A stretch of DNA of 64,000 bases. Source: Candidatus Latescibacterota bacterium. Lineage in GTDB: Bacteria > Latescibacterota > UBA2968 > UBA8231. Below the pieces are notes generated by a model, which was not told the origin of the DNA, searched no databases, and worked only from the letters and a program-made list of their open reading frames with translations. Positions 39,799 through 49,088 of this stretch are shown piece after piece. Both the position numbers and the translations under genes were made by a program. The number at the start of each line of letters is the position of its first letter. Within the stretch, counting starts at the first letter, position 1. Where the stretch lies: contig OZ241362.1 of the NCBI GenBank assembly GCA_965200315.1, forward strand, positions 4,896,001 through 4,960,000. The letters are read 5' to 3'.

Positions 39799-41163
39799 AT
39801 GACCGCGCCCATTGCCTTGGGAGCCCGCCGCGAATTATTCGTCGATCACTTCCTCGTTGAACATCTCGATGGGGCCGCTCTACACCTGCATCCGCCCATC
39901 CGCCGCGAAGTGGTCTATCAAGTCTCTCAGCCTTGGGACAACGCCTGCACGGGCTGCTACAATCTCATTCAGGACGGGGGCCGCGTCCTCCTATACTATC
40001 GGGGCTTCTATCCGATTGGCGCGGACTATGCCGACGGCGCCGCCAGCCAGACCACCAATTTGGCCGTCAGCACCGACGGCCTCCACTTCGAGCAGCCCGA
40101 ACTAGGCTTGGTCGAATTCAACGGCACGCGCAAAAACAACGTCCTCATCCAAGGCCACGAAAGCCACAATTTCTGCGTTTTTCTCGACGCCAACCCGGCG
40201 GCCGATCCGGCGCAGCGCTTCAAAGCCGTGGGCGGCACGGGCCAGTCCAACTTGCACGGTTTTGCCTCGCCCGACGGCCTCCACTGGACTCCGGTCAAAG
40301 AAGGCCCCTTGGACGTCACCGGTGCTTTTGACTCGCTCAACGTCGCCCTGTGGGACGCCCACATTGAGCGCTATCGGCTCTTTAGCCGCTACTTCGACAC
40401 CACCGGCGCTCGGGTGCGGGCCATTCAAAGCTGCACTTCTGAAGACTTCATCCACTGGACGCGGCCGCAACCCCACCAGTACGCCGCCAACGTGCCGCTG
40501 GAACACTTCTATACTAATGCGACCACGCCTTGTCCTAATGCCGAGCACATTCTGCTGTCGTTTCCCATGCGCTTTTTGCCCGAGCGCCAGCTCGACATCG
40601 CGGCGATGGATTACCCTGGGTCGGGCCTGTCCGACGCGGTGTTTATGAGTAGCCGCGACGGCGTCCACTGGGACCGCCCCTTCATGGAAGCCTGGGTGCG
40701 CCCCGGCACGGATCGGCGCAACTGGTCCCACCGCAGTTGTACGCCCGCCCCCGGCTTGGTGCAAACAGCCCCCGACGAATGGTCCATGTACATCTCGGAA
40801 AACTACGGCTGGTCAACTAACCGCCTGCGCCGCTTGGTCGTGAGGCCGCACGGTTTTGCCTCGGTGCGGGCCGGGTATAGAGGAGGTGAATTGCTCACCC
40901 GTCCCTTGCTGTTGGAAGGGGCCGCCTTGCGCCTCAACTACGCGACCTCGGCGGCGGGGTCGTTGCGGGTGGAACTCCAAGACGAGTCGGGCCAGCCCCT
41001 GCCTCGGTATGCCTTGGAGGAAATGGACCCGATCTACGGAGACCAACTCGACTCGCCGGTAGCTTGGAAAACAGGCGGCGACTTGTCCGCTCTCAAGGGC
41101 CGTCCAGTGCGCTTGCGGGTGGTGTTACAGGACGCTGATTTGTTTGCCGTGCGGGCCGCGTGA
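39799..41163 (+). CDS. GH32/43-like five-bladed beta-propeller hydrolase
   Basis: RELFVD, STDGLHF, SPDGLHW, SEDFIHW, SRDGVHW, C-terminal GFAS...GELLTRP...ADLFA. Confidence 0.75.
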   Translation: MTAPIALGARRELFVDHFLVEHLDGAALHLHPPIRREVVYQVSQPWDNACTGCYNLIQDGGRVLLYYRGFYPIGADYADGAASQTTNLAVSTDGLHFEQPELGLVEFNGTRKNNVLIQGHESHNFCVFLDANPAADPAQRFKAVGGTGQSNLHGFASPDGLHWTPVKEGPLDVTGAFDSLNVALWDAHIERYRLFSRYFDTTGARVRAIQSCTSEDFIHWTRPQPHQYAANVPLEHFYTNATTPCPNAEHILLSFPMRFLPERQLDIAAMDYPGSGLSDAVFMSSRDGVHWDRPFMEAWVRPGTDRRNWSHRSCTPAPGLVQTAPDEWSMYISENYGWSTNRLRRLVVRPHGFASVRAGYRGGELLTRPLLLEGAALRLNYATSAAGSLRVELQDESGQPLPRYALEEMDPIYGDQLDSPVAWKTGGDLSALKGRPVRLRVVLQDADLFAVRAA

Positions 41164-41166
41164 ACG

Positions 41167-41365
41167 CTACGAATTATTACCTCTCAGCCTTGCGTCGTTG
41201 ATAGAACCTTTTCCACTTTCTTCGATGTTGACGGATTTTTTTAACCAAACGTCAAACATCACGACGGCCGTTCCACCCTCATTATGAATCACGTCTGCTA
41301 CCTGCCAGCGCTTGGTATTGGAATTTAGGATCCGATCCGTTGCTTTTTGCACCTCGTCGACGTTG
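41167..41365 (-). pseudogene. C-terminal fragment of an unidentified gene
   Basis: Protein-like NVDEVQKATDRILNSNTKRWQVADV...FDVWLKKS; AT-richer than flanks; no convincing start. Confidence 0.35.
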
Positions 41366-41409
41366 CACGGCCGCGTCCAGCGATAGACCCAAGTGCTTGG
41401 AAAATACCT

Positions 41410-41597
41410 TGATCATCTAACCATCCGGCCTTTTTTGCAATGGAGTGGGTGATACCCGGCGACAGCGTGTTGTATCTTGGCAAGGTGATGCTGCCCTTGA
41501 TGAGAGGATGTCGGTAAATGTCATGCCTGCCCCCGTGGCGTGCCATATCCAACCTTCTCTTTCTACTTTCTTTTAATCAGGTTGTCCTAGTTTTCAT
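41410..41597 (-). pseudogene. HicA toxin pseudogene
   Basis: RHGGRHDIYRHP...ITLPRYNTLSPGITHSIAKKAGW; the ATG at 41597 meets a stop after 6 codons; no hicB. Confidence 0.75.
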
Positions 41598-41709
41598 ATT
41601 TGCGGCCCGATATATGCACTTTCTCGGTTAAGCATGATTCGCTCATAGGCATCTAGGTTGTAGATTGTAGATTATTGCCGCATGCTACCATCCATCAGGA
41701 GAACGTCTT

Positions 41710-41969
41710 ATGCAACTAACCCCCGAACAGGTCGCCCAATTCGCAGAAGACGGCTATCTGCTGCTGCGCGGCGCGTTGACCGACGCCGACATCAGGCGAC
41801 CGGGACGCCGACCGGCCGCCCCTTTCATCCCGACTTCGTGGCGCGCAGCCGCGCCAACCCCGCGTCCGAGCGGAGGGATTACGACGAATGGTGTCGGCGG
41901 TGGGTAGAGTCGCTAGCGGCCGTGCAAGGGCAGGGGATTAAGGCGCATCGGTGGGCGGTCGTCGAGTAG
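41710..41969 (+). pseudogene. PhyH dioxygenase with the core deleted
   Basis: AGGAG RBS + MQLTPEQVAQFAEDGYLLLRGAL joined out of frame to the C-terminal PTGRPFHPDFVARSR...W...W. Confidence 0.75.
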
Positions 41970-42546
41970 CGACGATGCGGCGGAAGGTGAGGTTGAGGCG
42001 CAGGGCGCAGGGCCGTCGGGTCTTGGGGACTTGGTGCTGCCAGTGGGCTTGGGTTGGGCCGCGCATGATGAGCAGCGCACCGTGCCCGAGGGGTATTTCG
42101 ACCGGGGGGTGGTCGCGGCGTTTGTGCCGCAGGAGGAAGCGCCGGGTCTCGCCCAAGCTCAGCGAGGCGATCGTCGGGTTGGCTCCCAACTCGGGCTCGT
42201 CGTCGCTGTGCCAGCCCATGCTGTCGCGACCATCGCGGTACTGATTGAGCAAGACGCTGTTGAAGGGACAGTCGGCGGCGGCTTCGAGCCGCGTCTTGAG
42301 GTCTAGCAGCGGCGCGGTCCACGGGCGCGGCTCTAGCGTTAGTCCCGAATAGGCGTAGTGGGCCTCCGTGGCCCCGTGCCACGCCGAAAGCCGCGGCGCG
42401 GGATGCTGGCGGCCAAAGACGACGACGTGGTGTTGTTGCCACTCAATGTCGTCCAACAGTTGCCGCATGAATTGGTCGGCCTCGGCCGGGGCCAAGAAGT
42501 CGGGGGCGTAGCGGAGGTCGCTGTCTGGGAGGGGAATGGGCCTCAT
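41938..42546 (-). CDS. alkB: AlkB-family 2OG-Fe(II) dioxygenase
   Basis: FNSVLLNQYRDGRDSMGWHSDDE, IASLSLG, WQHQVPK, RLNLTFR. Confidence 0.92.
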   Translation of the reverse strand: MRPIPLPDSDLRYAPDFLAPAEADQFMRQLLDDIEWQQHHVVVFGRQHPAPRLSAWHGATEAHYAYSGLTLEPRPWTAPLLDLKTRLEAAADCPFNSVLLNQYRDGRDSMGWHSDDEPELGANPTIASLSLGETRRFLLRHKRRDHPPVEIPLGHGALLIMRGPTQAHWQHQVPKTRRPCALRLNLTFRRIVATRRPPTDAP

Positions 42547-43442
42547 TCCACTGAGAAGCCGAGGCCGTCTAGTGCTTGGCACAGCGCGGCGCGGCCCGCC
42601 TCGTCGAACGGGACGCGGGGCGGGCGAGCAGGGCCTACGGGTAGTCCGCGCATGGTCAACATCTCTTTGACGGCCGCTAGCAGGTCAAAGTGGAATAAGG
42701 TGGAGATGACCTCGTTGGCCCGCGCTTGCAGGGCCATGGCTGGCTGGATGTCGCTGGCTTCAAAGTGTTGCCGCATTTCCACGAACAGTTTGGGCATGAT
42801 GTTGTAGGTCGAGCCAATGGCCGCGTCGCTGCCGGCGACCATACCGCCGAGGCAGATTTCGTCCGGGCCGGAGATGAGGTTAAGGTGGTCGCCGCCTAGC
42901 TGCACGAGGCGCTGGAAGAAGTAGAAATTGCTGTCAGTGAACTTGAGGCCGCTAAAGTTGGGCACGGCTTGCATGGCTTCGAGGAACTGTTCGGTCGTAA
43001 CGTCTTTGTCGGCCGTGTGGGCGAGCCAATACACGTAGAAAGGCCGGTCGGTGGCCGCGCCAATGGCGGCGTAGTGAGCGACGGCCGCTTGGAGGTCGTT
43101 GGGCTGGTCTATCGGTGCGACCGAAGCCACGGCGTCGGCACCGGCGTCTGCCGCATGCTGGGCCAATTCGACCGCATTGGCCGTGCTCGTCGCGCCGACT
43201 TGGAAGATCAGCGGCACGGCACCGGCGACCGCGGCGATGGTCGCCTCGGCCATGGCCTTGCGTTCAGACACGCTCATGGCGTTCCCCTCGCCCGTGCCGC
43301 CGCAGACGAAGAAGCCATTCGAGCCCGCGTCGATCAGGTGCTTGACGAGCGGCTCGACGCGGGCGGGAGCCAAGGCGCTGCCGTCGTCAGTGAACGGAGT
43401 GACGAGCGCGGGCCAGATCCCGCGCGCCAGTTTGTCGGTCAT
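42543..43442 (-). CDS. DHDPS/N-acetylneuraminate-lyase family aldolase
   Basis: PALVTPF, CGGTGEG, GLKFTD, AIGSTYN. Confidence 0.9.
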   Translation of the reverse strand: MTDKLARGIWPALVTPFTDDGSALAPARVEPLVKHLIDAGSNGFFVCGGTGEGNAMSVSERKAMAEATIAAVAGAVPLIFQVGATSTANAVELAQHAADAGADAVASVAPIDQPNDLQAAVAHYAAIGAATDRPFYVYWLAHTADKDVTTEQFLEAMQAVPNFSGLKFTDSNFYFFQRLVQLGGDHLNLISGPDEICLGGMVAGSDAAIGSTYNIMPKLFVEMRQHFEASDIQPAMALQARANEVISTLFHFDLLAAVKEMLTMRGLPVGPARPPRVPFDEAGRAALCQALDGLGFSVE

Positions 43443-43477
43443 GGTGTGTTGATCCTCTACTATTGAAATGGACGGCC

Positions 43478-44608
43478 CTAAACCACTTGGCCGCCGCGGA
43501 TGGTAGCGACCGGCTCCCAACAGCCACCGGGCCGCTCCTCGCCGTTGACATCGCACAGAGGCAAGGCCGCCTCGTTCCAGTGCAGCACCGCCAAGTCGGC
43601 GCAGGCACCCGGGGCCAAGGTGCCGACTTCGCCCTTTAGGCCCAGCACCTCGGCGGGGCGGGCCGTGGCGCGAGCGAATACCTCGGCTTCGGCCATGCCC
43701 GCAGCAATGAGCTTGGACATGGTGCGGGGCAGGTCGTGTTGGGGGCGGCTGTTGACGTGGCGGTGGTACTAGTCGGTTGAAACCGTGTCGACGAGAAACC
43801 CCTCGGCAATGGTGGCCTCGGCAATGGGAAAGCTGAAGGAGTTCATGCCGTGGCCCAAGTCGAAGAGGACGCCGCGCTGGCGGGCTTGCCATACGTCGTC
43901 GGCAATGCAGTCGCCGTCCATCAGGTTTTCGGGGAGGGCGTTGAGGGAGTAAGTCACTACGTCGCCGGGGCGCAACAGGGCGAGTTGTTCGCGGCGAGAC
44001 CAGTCGGGTTTGAGACGGGTGCCTACCAGCAGCGGTTTGCCGCTCAATTCCGCGGCCTCCAGCCCGGCGGCCATAATGGGGCGCGGGTCCAGGCCGTCGG
44101 CGCAGGCACCGCCAGTGACGGTGACGGCAATGCCCCATATACTCAGGTCGTCTGCGGCGGCTATGGAGTCGGCGCAGGCTTGGGCATCGGCGTCGGCCAA
44201 GTCGTTGAAGCAGCGCACGGGGTGGGTTTCGCCGTGTTTGCACAGGTTGATGGCCAGCAGGACCCGCGTCCGCGAGGCTTCGATCACGGTGCGGCGGTAG
44301 TCGTCTATGTTCACAGCACCGGCATCGCCTTGGGACAGGACGGTGGTGACGCCGCGCGGCAAAAAGTGGATGTCCGGGTCGATGCCAAAGCGCGATTGAC
44401 CGCGCGCTGGGTGGGCGTGCAGATCGACTAGGCCGGGCAGGAGAAGGGCGTCTGGGAAGTCGAGCACGGTGTGGGCTGATCCTTCGATGTCGGGGCCGGC
44501 GGCGACAATGCGGTCGCCGCGGATGGCCACTGCGCCGGGGCCGTCTAGGCCGCTATCCGCGCAGAAGAGCCGCGGGGCACGCACTAATAGGTCGTAGGGT
44601 TCGGTCAT
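43478..44608 (-). pseudogene. dihydroorotase-like amidohydrolase/deacetylase interrupted by an in-frame TAG at 43769-43771
   Basis: PGLVDLHAH, GVTTVLSQGDAG, FDLGHG..SFSF, DTVSTD*YHRH...MSKL...PAEVLGL..EVGTLAPGACADL, all in one frame. Confidence 0.85.
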
Positions 44609-44612
44609 AGTG

Positions 44613-46967
44613 TTAGTAGGCCACGGCGATGGTGCGGAGCGCGGTGTCGTTGCCGGCATCGGCACCTAGATTGACGCGCAGGACGTACAGGCCGGGGGTG
44701 GCACTCGCTCCGTCGGCGTCGCGGCCATCCCAGGTGAAGAGGCGTTGCGAGCCTTCTGTGCTTGGGGTGAGAGCCGCTACTTGGCGTCCGGCTAGGTCAA
44801 AAATTTCCACCTGTGGCTCGCTACCCTCGACTTTGAAGGCGACGAATCGCACCTCTAGCTGGTCGTTGATGCCGTCGCCGTTGGGGGTTACGGTTGCCGA
44901 GGCCAGTTGCAGGTTGCTGATGAGCTGGCCGCTGCTGGTCAGTTCGGGCAGCATGACGATGTTGGAGCGGCGCTCGGCCGCCTCGACCGACTGCCACAGG
45001 CCCGGTACTTCGCTCGACCCTAGGTCGAGGGCAAAGACGGTGGCGTTTTGCAGCAGGCGAGTAGTGAAGCTCACTTGCAGCGAATCGCCGGAAACCATCT
45101 GCGGCAACGCGATGAGCAGCGAGTCGGCCTGCACGTCCAAGGTGGCCGGAACGACCGGTTCTGAGCCGACCAGTACCGACACGCTCTGGAGGTCAACCGG
45201 CTCGGGGACAGTGAAGCGCATTAGGTCGAAGCCGCTGTCGAGTTCGTCGGTCTCGGGCCAGAGGGTGTAGGTGAAGTGCGTGTCTTGGTTGGGGCTGGCT
45301 TCGCGGGGAGCGACGCTGCCGCGCGCGCCTTGGACTAAGGCGTTTTCGTATTCGACCGAGACCGAATTGACGGTTGGGGCGACAGCGGGGTCGTCGGTGG
45401 AGAGGATCATCTCCAACAGCATGAAGCGGCGCGGGCTATCCGACTTGAAAGACTCACCGGAAAACTGGTACACATTGCTCCAGGCGTCCCAGTCCTCGCC
45501 GACAACGAGGGTGGTGTCGATAGGGCCGCGCAGCACTTTGGGCGAACTAGTCCATTTTTCTTCGGTGATTTCTTCGCCGAGCTTATTGCGGAACGTAAAG
45601 ACCGGGGCTAGCGCGTTGCCCGAACGCGAGCGCAATTGCATTCGGGTGCCCGGAGGCAACTCGGCGTCCCAGTGCAGGGCCTTGATGACTTTGGGCCGTC
45701 CATCGCCGGCTTCCTCGCCGAGGTTGATAAAGGCCGACTGCAACTCGACTTGGGCTGGATAACCCGGAGAGAACAGTTGGATTTCACCCCATTTGGTGAT
45801 GCCCCATCCCCTACAGGTAACGCCGTGCCAGAACAGGTAGCGAGCCTTGCGCGGTGCGAATAGGTAGCGCATGTAAAGCAGGTTGTCGGCGTTGGGGGCC
45901 AGATGGGTGAAGACCTGTTCGTAATCGACGTTTTCGGGCACTTCGACGAGGGGGGCAGTGCCCGTGGCTGGGGTGCCATCGGAAAAGAGGAGGGTATGCC
46001 CCGGCCCGGTGCCAGAGATGGTAAAACCCAAGGTCCCTTCATCCGGCTGCATGGAGTAGATGAACATCTCGTCGATAAAGAACGTCGCGCCCAGGTCTGC
46101 GCGGAACCAAGTGCCGCCTTCGGCCCATTCCGACAGCGCGCCGCGACAGTCGGTGACGGTGTTGTTGGTGTTGAGGTTGGCGTCAAAGAGGTTGAAGGTA
46201 GAGCCGGTGCCATCGCCTTCGGCGAAATTGCCGCGCTGGCTGGTGCCGATGGCAATGTTGTCCCCAATGCCGATGACCTCAATCTCGGCGATGGCAGCGT
46301 CGGCGTTTTGCTCTTCGGAAATGATTTGGATGTACTGGATCAATCGGTAGTGGTTGCGTTCTGCGGGTGTTAAGTCCAAATCGGGGTCCAACACTAGCGC
46401 ACTGTCGCGGCCAGCATAGTGCAGCGGGATGAAGATTTCGGAGTCCGTGTTGGGCCGCGTGGTGCGGAAGGCTTGGCGGTAAAGAAAAAGGTCGTCCGTA
46501 GCCGCGATGCGCACGCCAGAGGTGATGAAGACTCGGAATTGGCGGAATGGACGTGCGCCCTCTTGGTCGGGGAATTTCAGGCGAATCTCGCGGGCCAGAG
46601 CCGCGCGACCTAGGTCGATGGTGATAAACCAATCCTCGCGGGCGTCGTCCGGGCGGGGTTGCCAATAGGTCGTTGGGTCGCCGTCGATGGCCCGCGGAGC
46701 ATCGGCCTCGTTGGAACCGGCTTGCCAGAGGCCGCCGGCGACGGCATCGCCCCGTTTGCGGGTCTCATGCGTGAAAAGGTGGGCATCCTCGACGAGGTTG
46801 ATATCCTTGCGAAATTTGACGACCGAGAGCTGGCCCTGCTCGCCGACTTGGACCAAGCCGAAGGGCTGTTGCCATTGGGCCCATTTCTCGGCGGTGTCAA
46901 AGGAGAGCATGTCAGCCGCAAGTGGGGTGGCTAGTGCGAGGCAGGCGATAATTGCGCGTCGCATCAC
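44613..46967 (-). CDS. secreted type-B paralog 3 (discoidin-like modules + FlgD/CHU_C-like CTD)
   Basis: Signal peptide; IDGDP.TYW...IDLG; TPNGDGIND...WDG...GLY...IAVAY. Confidence 0.85.
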   Translation of the reverse strand: MMRRAIIACLALATPLAADMLSFDTAEKWAQWQQPFGLVQVGEQGQLSVVKFRKDINLVEDAHLFTHETRKRGDAVAGGLWQAGSNEADAPRAIDGDPTTYWQPRPDDAREDWFITIDLGRAALAREIRLKFPDQEGARPFRQFRVFITSGVRIAATDDLFLYRQAFRTTRPNTDSEIFIPLHYAGRDSALVLDPDLDLTPAERNHYRLIQYIQIISEEQNADAAIAEIEVIGIGDNIAIGTSQRGNFAEGDGTGSTFNLFDANLNTNNTVTDCRGALSEWAEGGTWFRADLGATFFIDEMFIYSMQPDEGTLGFTISGTGPGHTLLFSDGTPATGTAPLVEVPENVDYEQVFTHLAPNADNLLYMRYLFAPRKARYLFWHGVTCRGWGITKWGEIQLFSPGYPAQVELQSAFINLGEEAGDGRPKVIKALHWDAELPPGTRMQLRSRSGNALAPVFTFRNKLGEEITEEKWTSSPKVLRGPIDTTLVVGEDWDAWSNVYQFSGESFKSDSPRRFMLLEMILSTDDPAVAPTVNSVSVEYENALVQGARGSVAPREASPNQDTHFTYTLWPETDELDSGFDLMRFTVPEPVDLQSVSVLVGSEPVVPATLDVQADSLLIALPQMVSGDSLQVSFTTRLLQNATVFALDLGSSEVPGLWQSVEAAERRSNIVMLPELTSSGQLISNLQLASATVTPNGDGINDQLEVRFVAFKVEGSEPQVEIFDLAGRQVAALTPSTEGSQRLFTWDGRDADGASATPGLYVLRVNLGADAGNDTALRTIAVAY

Positions 46968-46976
46968 AATCTCCTC

Positions 46977-49019
46977 TTAGTAGGCAATGCCCAAAGGGCG
47001 GAGTTGGGGGGCGGCGGCAAATTCCGAGCGCAGGTTTAAGGCCGTCAGGTAGAGGCCGGGCGGCAGCCACTGGCCCGTTTCGTCGCGGCCATCCCAGCGC
47101 AAACTCTGCGGACCCGCGTTCTGCAAGCCAGCCTCGACGAAGGCCACGCGCCGCCCGTCGAGGCTATAGACCTCGAGGACGACAGGCACGGGTTCGGGCA
47201 GGCGGAACAGCGAGTAGGCCACTCGCAACTCGTCGTTGATGCCGTCGCCGTTGGGCGTGAAGACCGCGGAGGACAAAGTCAGGTTCTGAATGAAGGCGGT
47301 TGTTTGCTCGGTAGCGCCGAGTACGCGCAGGCTGTTGGTCGAGAGGGCCTCGCCGACATCGGCACCGATTACAGGTTGCGGCAGGATGTCGCGTTCGCTG
47401 TCTAGTACTTCGCTTTGGAATGTGGTAGCGAATTCAAAGATCTCCGTGCCAAAGACAATGCGGATCGGTGGATTGTTGGTGCGGGTGATGCGCTCGGGTA
47501 GGCGGATGAGTAGGCCCTCGGGCTCTTGGACGACCTCGGCGGGCGCAGTTTCCGTGCGGTTCGCGCCTAGTTGCAGGCTTTTGAGTTCGGTGTGGTGCCC
47601 GGTGCGAATGCGCAGCAGGTCGAAGCCGGGGGCATTTACGGCCTCAAAATCGGCTTGGAGATCATAGACGAATTCTATGGATTCGCCGAGGGGGACTTGG
47701 GTGATCCCGCCGACAGGTTGTGGGTCGTCTAGGAGAGCGACTTCGCCGCGCACATTGGCGGCCAACAGCGGGGCGGTTTCGAGCCACAGCGAGTCGAGGC
47801 GCACGAAATCGTCGAAGGAATCGCTTTCCATGATGACGCGGAACTGCAAATAGGTGCCGTTGCGCAGGCTGATCGGTTGACCCGATTCGACGAAGGGTGC
47901 AGACCAGAAGGTCCAGTTGTCTGAATCGTAGCCGATGGACGCGCGGACGCCGGGTTTGGGCTGGCGTTCGCTCAGGTCGGATGTGGCGGTGATGCGCACG
48001 AAGCGGGTGCGCAGGGCGTTTTCGTAGTGGTCGCGCGAGACCACGCGCTCTAGCCCGGTGTCCATGTACTCGTGATAGACGGCCGGGTCGTCGTCTAGTC
48101 CGGTGCGGATTTCGATCTTGATCTGGGCCGCTGCATCGGGGGTTTCCACCGGGGTCCCATTGACCATGCGGAATTTTGTCGCCTGCCAGAACAGCCGTCC
48201 GAAATTCACCGGTTCGCCGAGGTCGGTTATCTTGGTCTTGTAGATGGTCCGTTGCGGTACCCCTTGGGCAAACAGTTGGAACTCGCTGATCGAGCCGATG
48301 AGGGCAAAGGCGACCAAGTTGTTGGCCGCGGTCAGGGTTACGCGGTCTTCGTCGAGGAGCGAAAGTCGCCGTTGGTAGCGGAAAAAGCGCAGATACTGGC
48401 GGTTGAAGTCAATGCGGACCTGCGGGACAAAATTGTTGTCAACATCGGCGATGACAGTGGAGAGCGGGTTGACATTGCCTTCGAGTACTGGGACTTCGGG
48501 CGCGACTGAGGCGGTTACCTGAAAAGCGGGAATGAAGTCCGTTTCCAGTGGGGTGCCGTCGGAGCGGAAACCCTCGCTGGGCGGGATAAAGCCGAAGGCA
48601 ACCGCCGGCACCGACACGGCCAAATCCATGGTGAAGGTTTCTTTTTGGATGAGGTCGGCTTTGGGGGGGTTATAGGTGAGAGGGTCGCCGTCGATGAGCC
48701 AAGAGCCGTTTTCCGAAGGGTCGGGCACGCCGTGGTTCCACTTCCACATCCGCGGCGTTTCGCCATCGAGGTAGTCGAAGACGCGGTCGCTGGGGTCGCG
48801 CCAGAAGGCCCAATTGTCGATGTGAGAAAAAACCGTTTCATCCAGCGTGAAGTACGTGGGCTGGATGGCACCGGGGGTGGTTGCGAAATCGACGAAGAGG
48901 CGGGTGGTGTCGTTCTCACTCCAGGATAGGCCGCTGCCGCCTAGCTGCCAGTGGGAAATCTGGGCGGTGGTGTTTTGCGCTAAAATTAGGGTGAGCAGGA
49001 CGATTGTGGCACGGCGCAT
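46977..49019 (-). CDS. secreted type-A paralog 3
   Basis: Signal peptide; WQLGGSG, GFRSDGTPL, VNFGRLFW, WTFWS, STNSLRVL, TPNGDGIND, LGIAY; AGGAG RBS. Confidence 0.85.
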   Translation of the reverse strand: MRRATIVLLTLILAQNTTAQISHWQLGGSGLSWSENDTTRLFVDFATTPGAIQPTYFTLDETVFSHIDNWAFWRDPSDRVFDYLDGETPRMWKWNHGVPDPSENGSWLIDGDPLTYNPPKADLIQKETFTMDLAVSVPAVAFGFIPPSEGFRSDGTPLETDFIPAFQVTASVAPEVPVLEGNVNPLSTVIADVDNNFVPQVRIDFNRQYLRFFRYQRRLSLLDEDRVTLTAANNLVAFALIGSISEFQLFAQGVPQRTIYKTKITDLGEPVNFGRLFWQATKFRMVNGTPVETPDAAAQIKIEIRTGLDDDPAVYHEYMDTGLERVVSRDHYENALRTRFVRITATSDLSERQPKPGVRASIGYDSDNWTFWSAPFVESGQPISLRNGTYLQFRVIMESDSFDDFVRLDSLWLETAPLLAANVRGEVALLDDPQPVGGITQVPLGESIEFVYDLQADFEAVNAPGFDLLRIRTGHHTELKSLQLGANRTETAPAEVVQEPEGLLIRLPERITRTNNPPIRIVFGTEIFEFATTFQSEVLDSERDILPQPVIGADVGEALSTNSLRVLGATEQTTAFIQNLTLSSAVFTPNGDGINDELRVAYSLFRLPEPVPVVLEVYSLDGRRVAFVEAGLQNAGPQSLRWDGRDETGQWLPPGLYLTALNLRSEFAAAPQLRPLGIAY

Positions 49020-49088
49020 GATGGCTCTCCTTCCCGAGGGAGGCATGTAATATAATGAGCGGCAAGCAATTGTCCTATTTGCGGCAGA

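Noticed and set aside
43769-43771. Genome-wide TAG recoding
   Set aside because: Several intact genes here end normally in TAG (for example the amidohydrolase at 4580, ffh and rpsP), and only one in-frame TAG was seen.
42543-44243. 566-aa ORF as one fused protein
   Set aside because: The N-terminal 266 aa are an alternative frame of the amidohydrolase; the aldolase starts at 43442.
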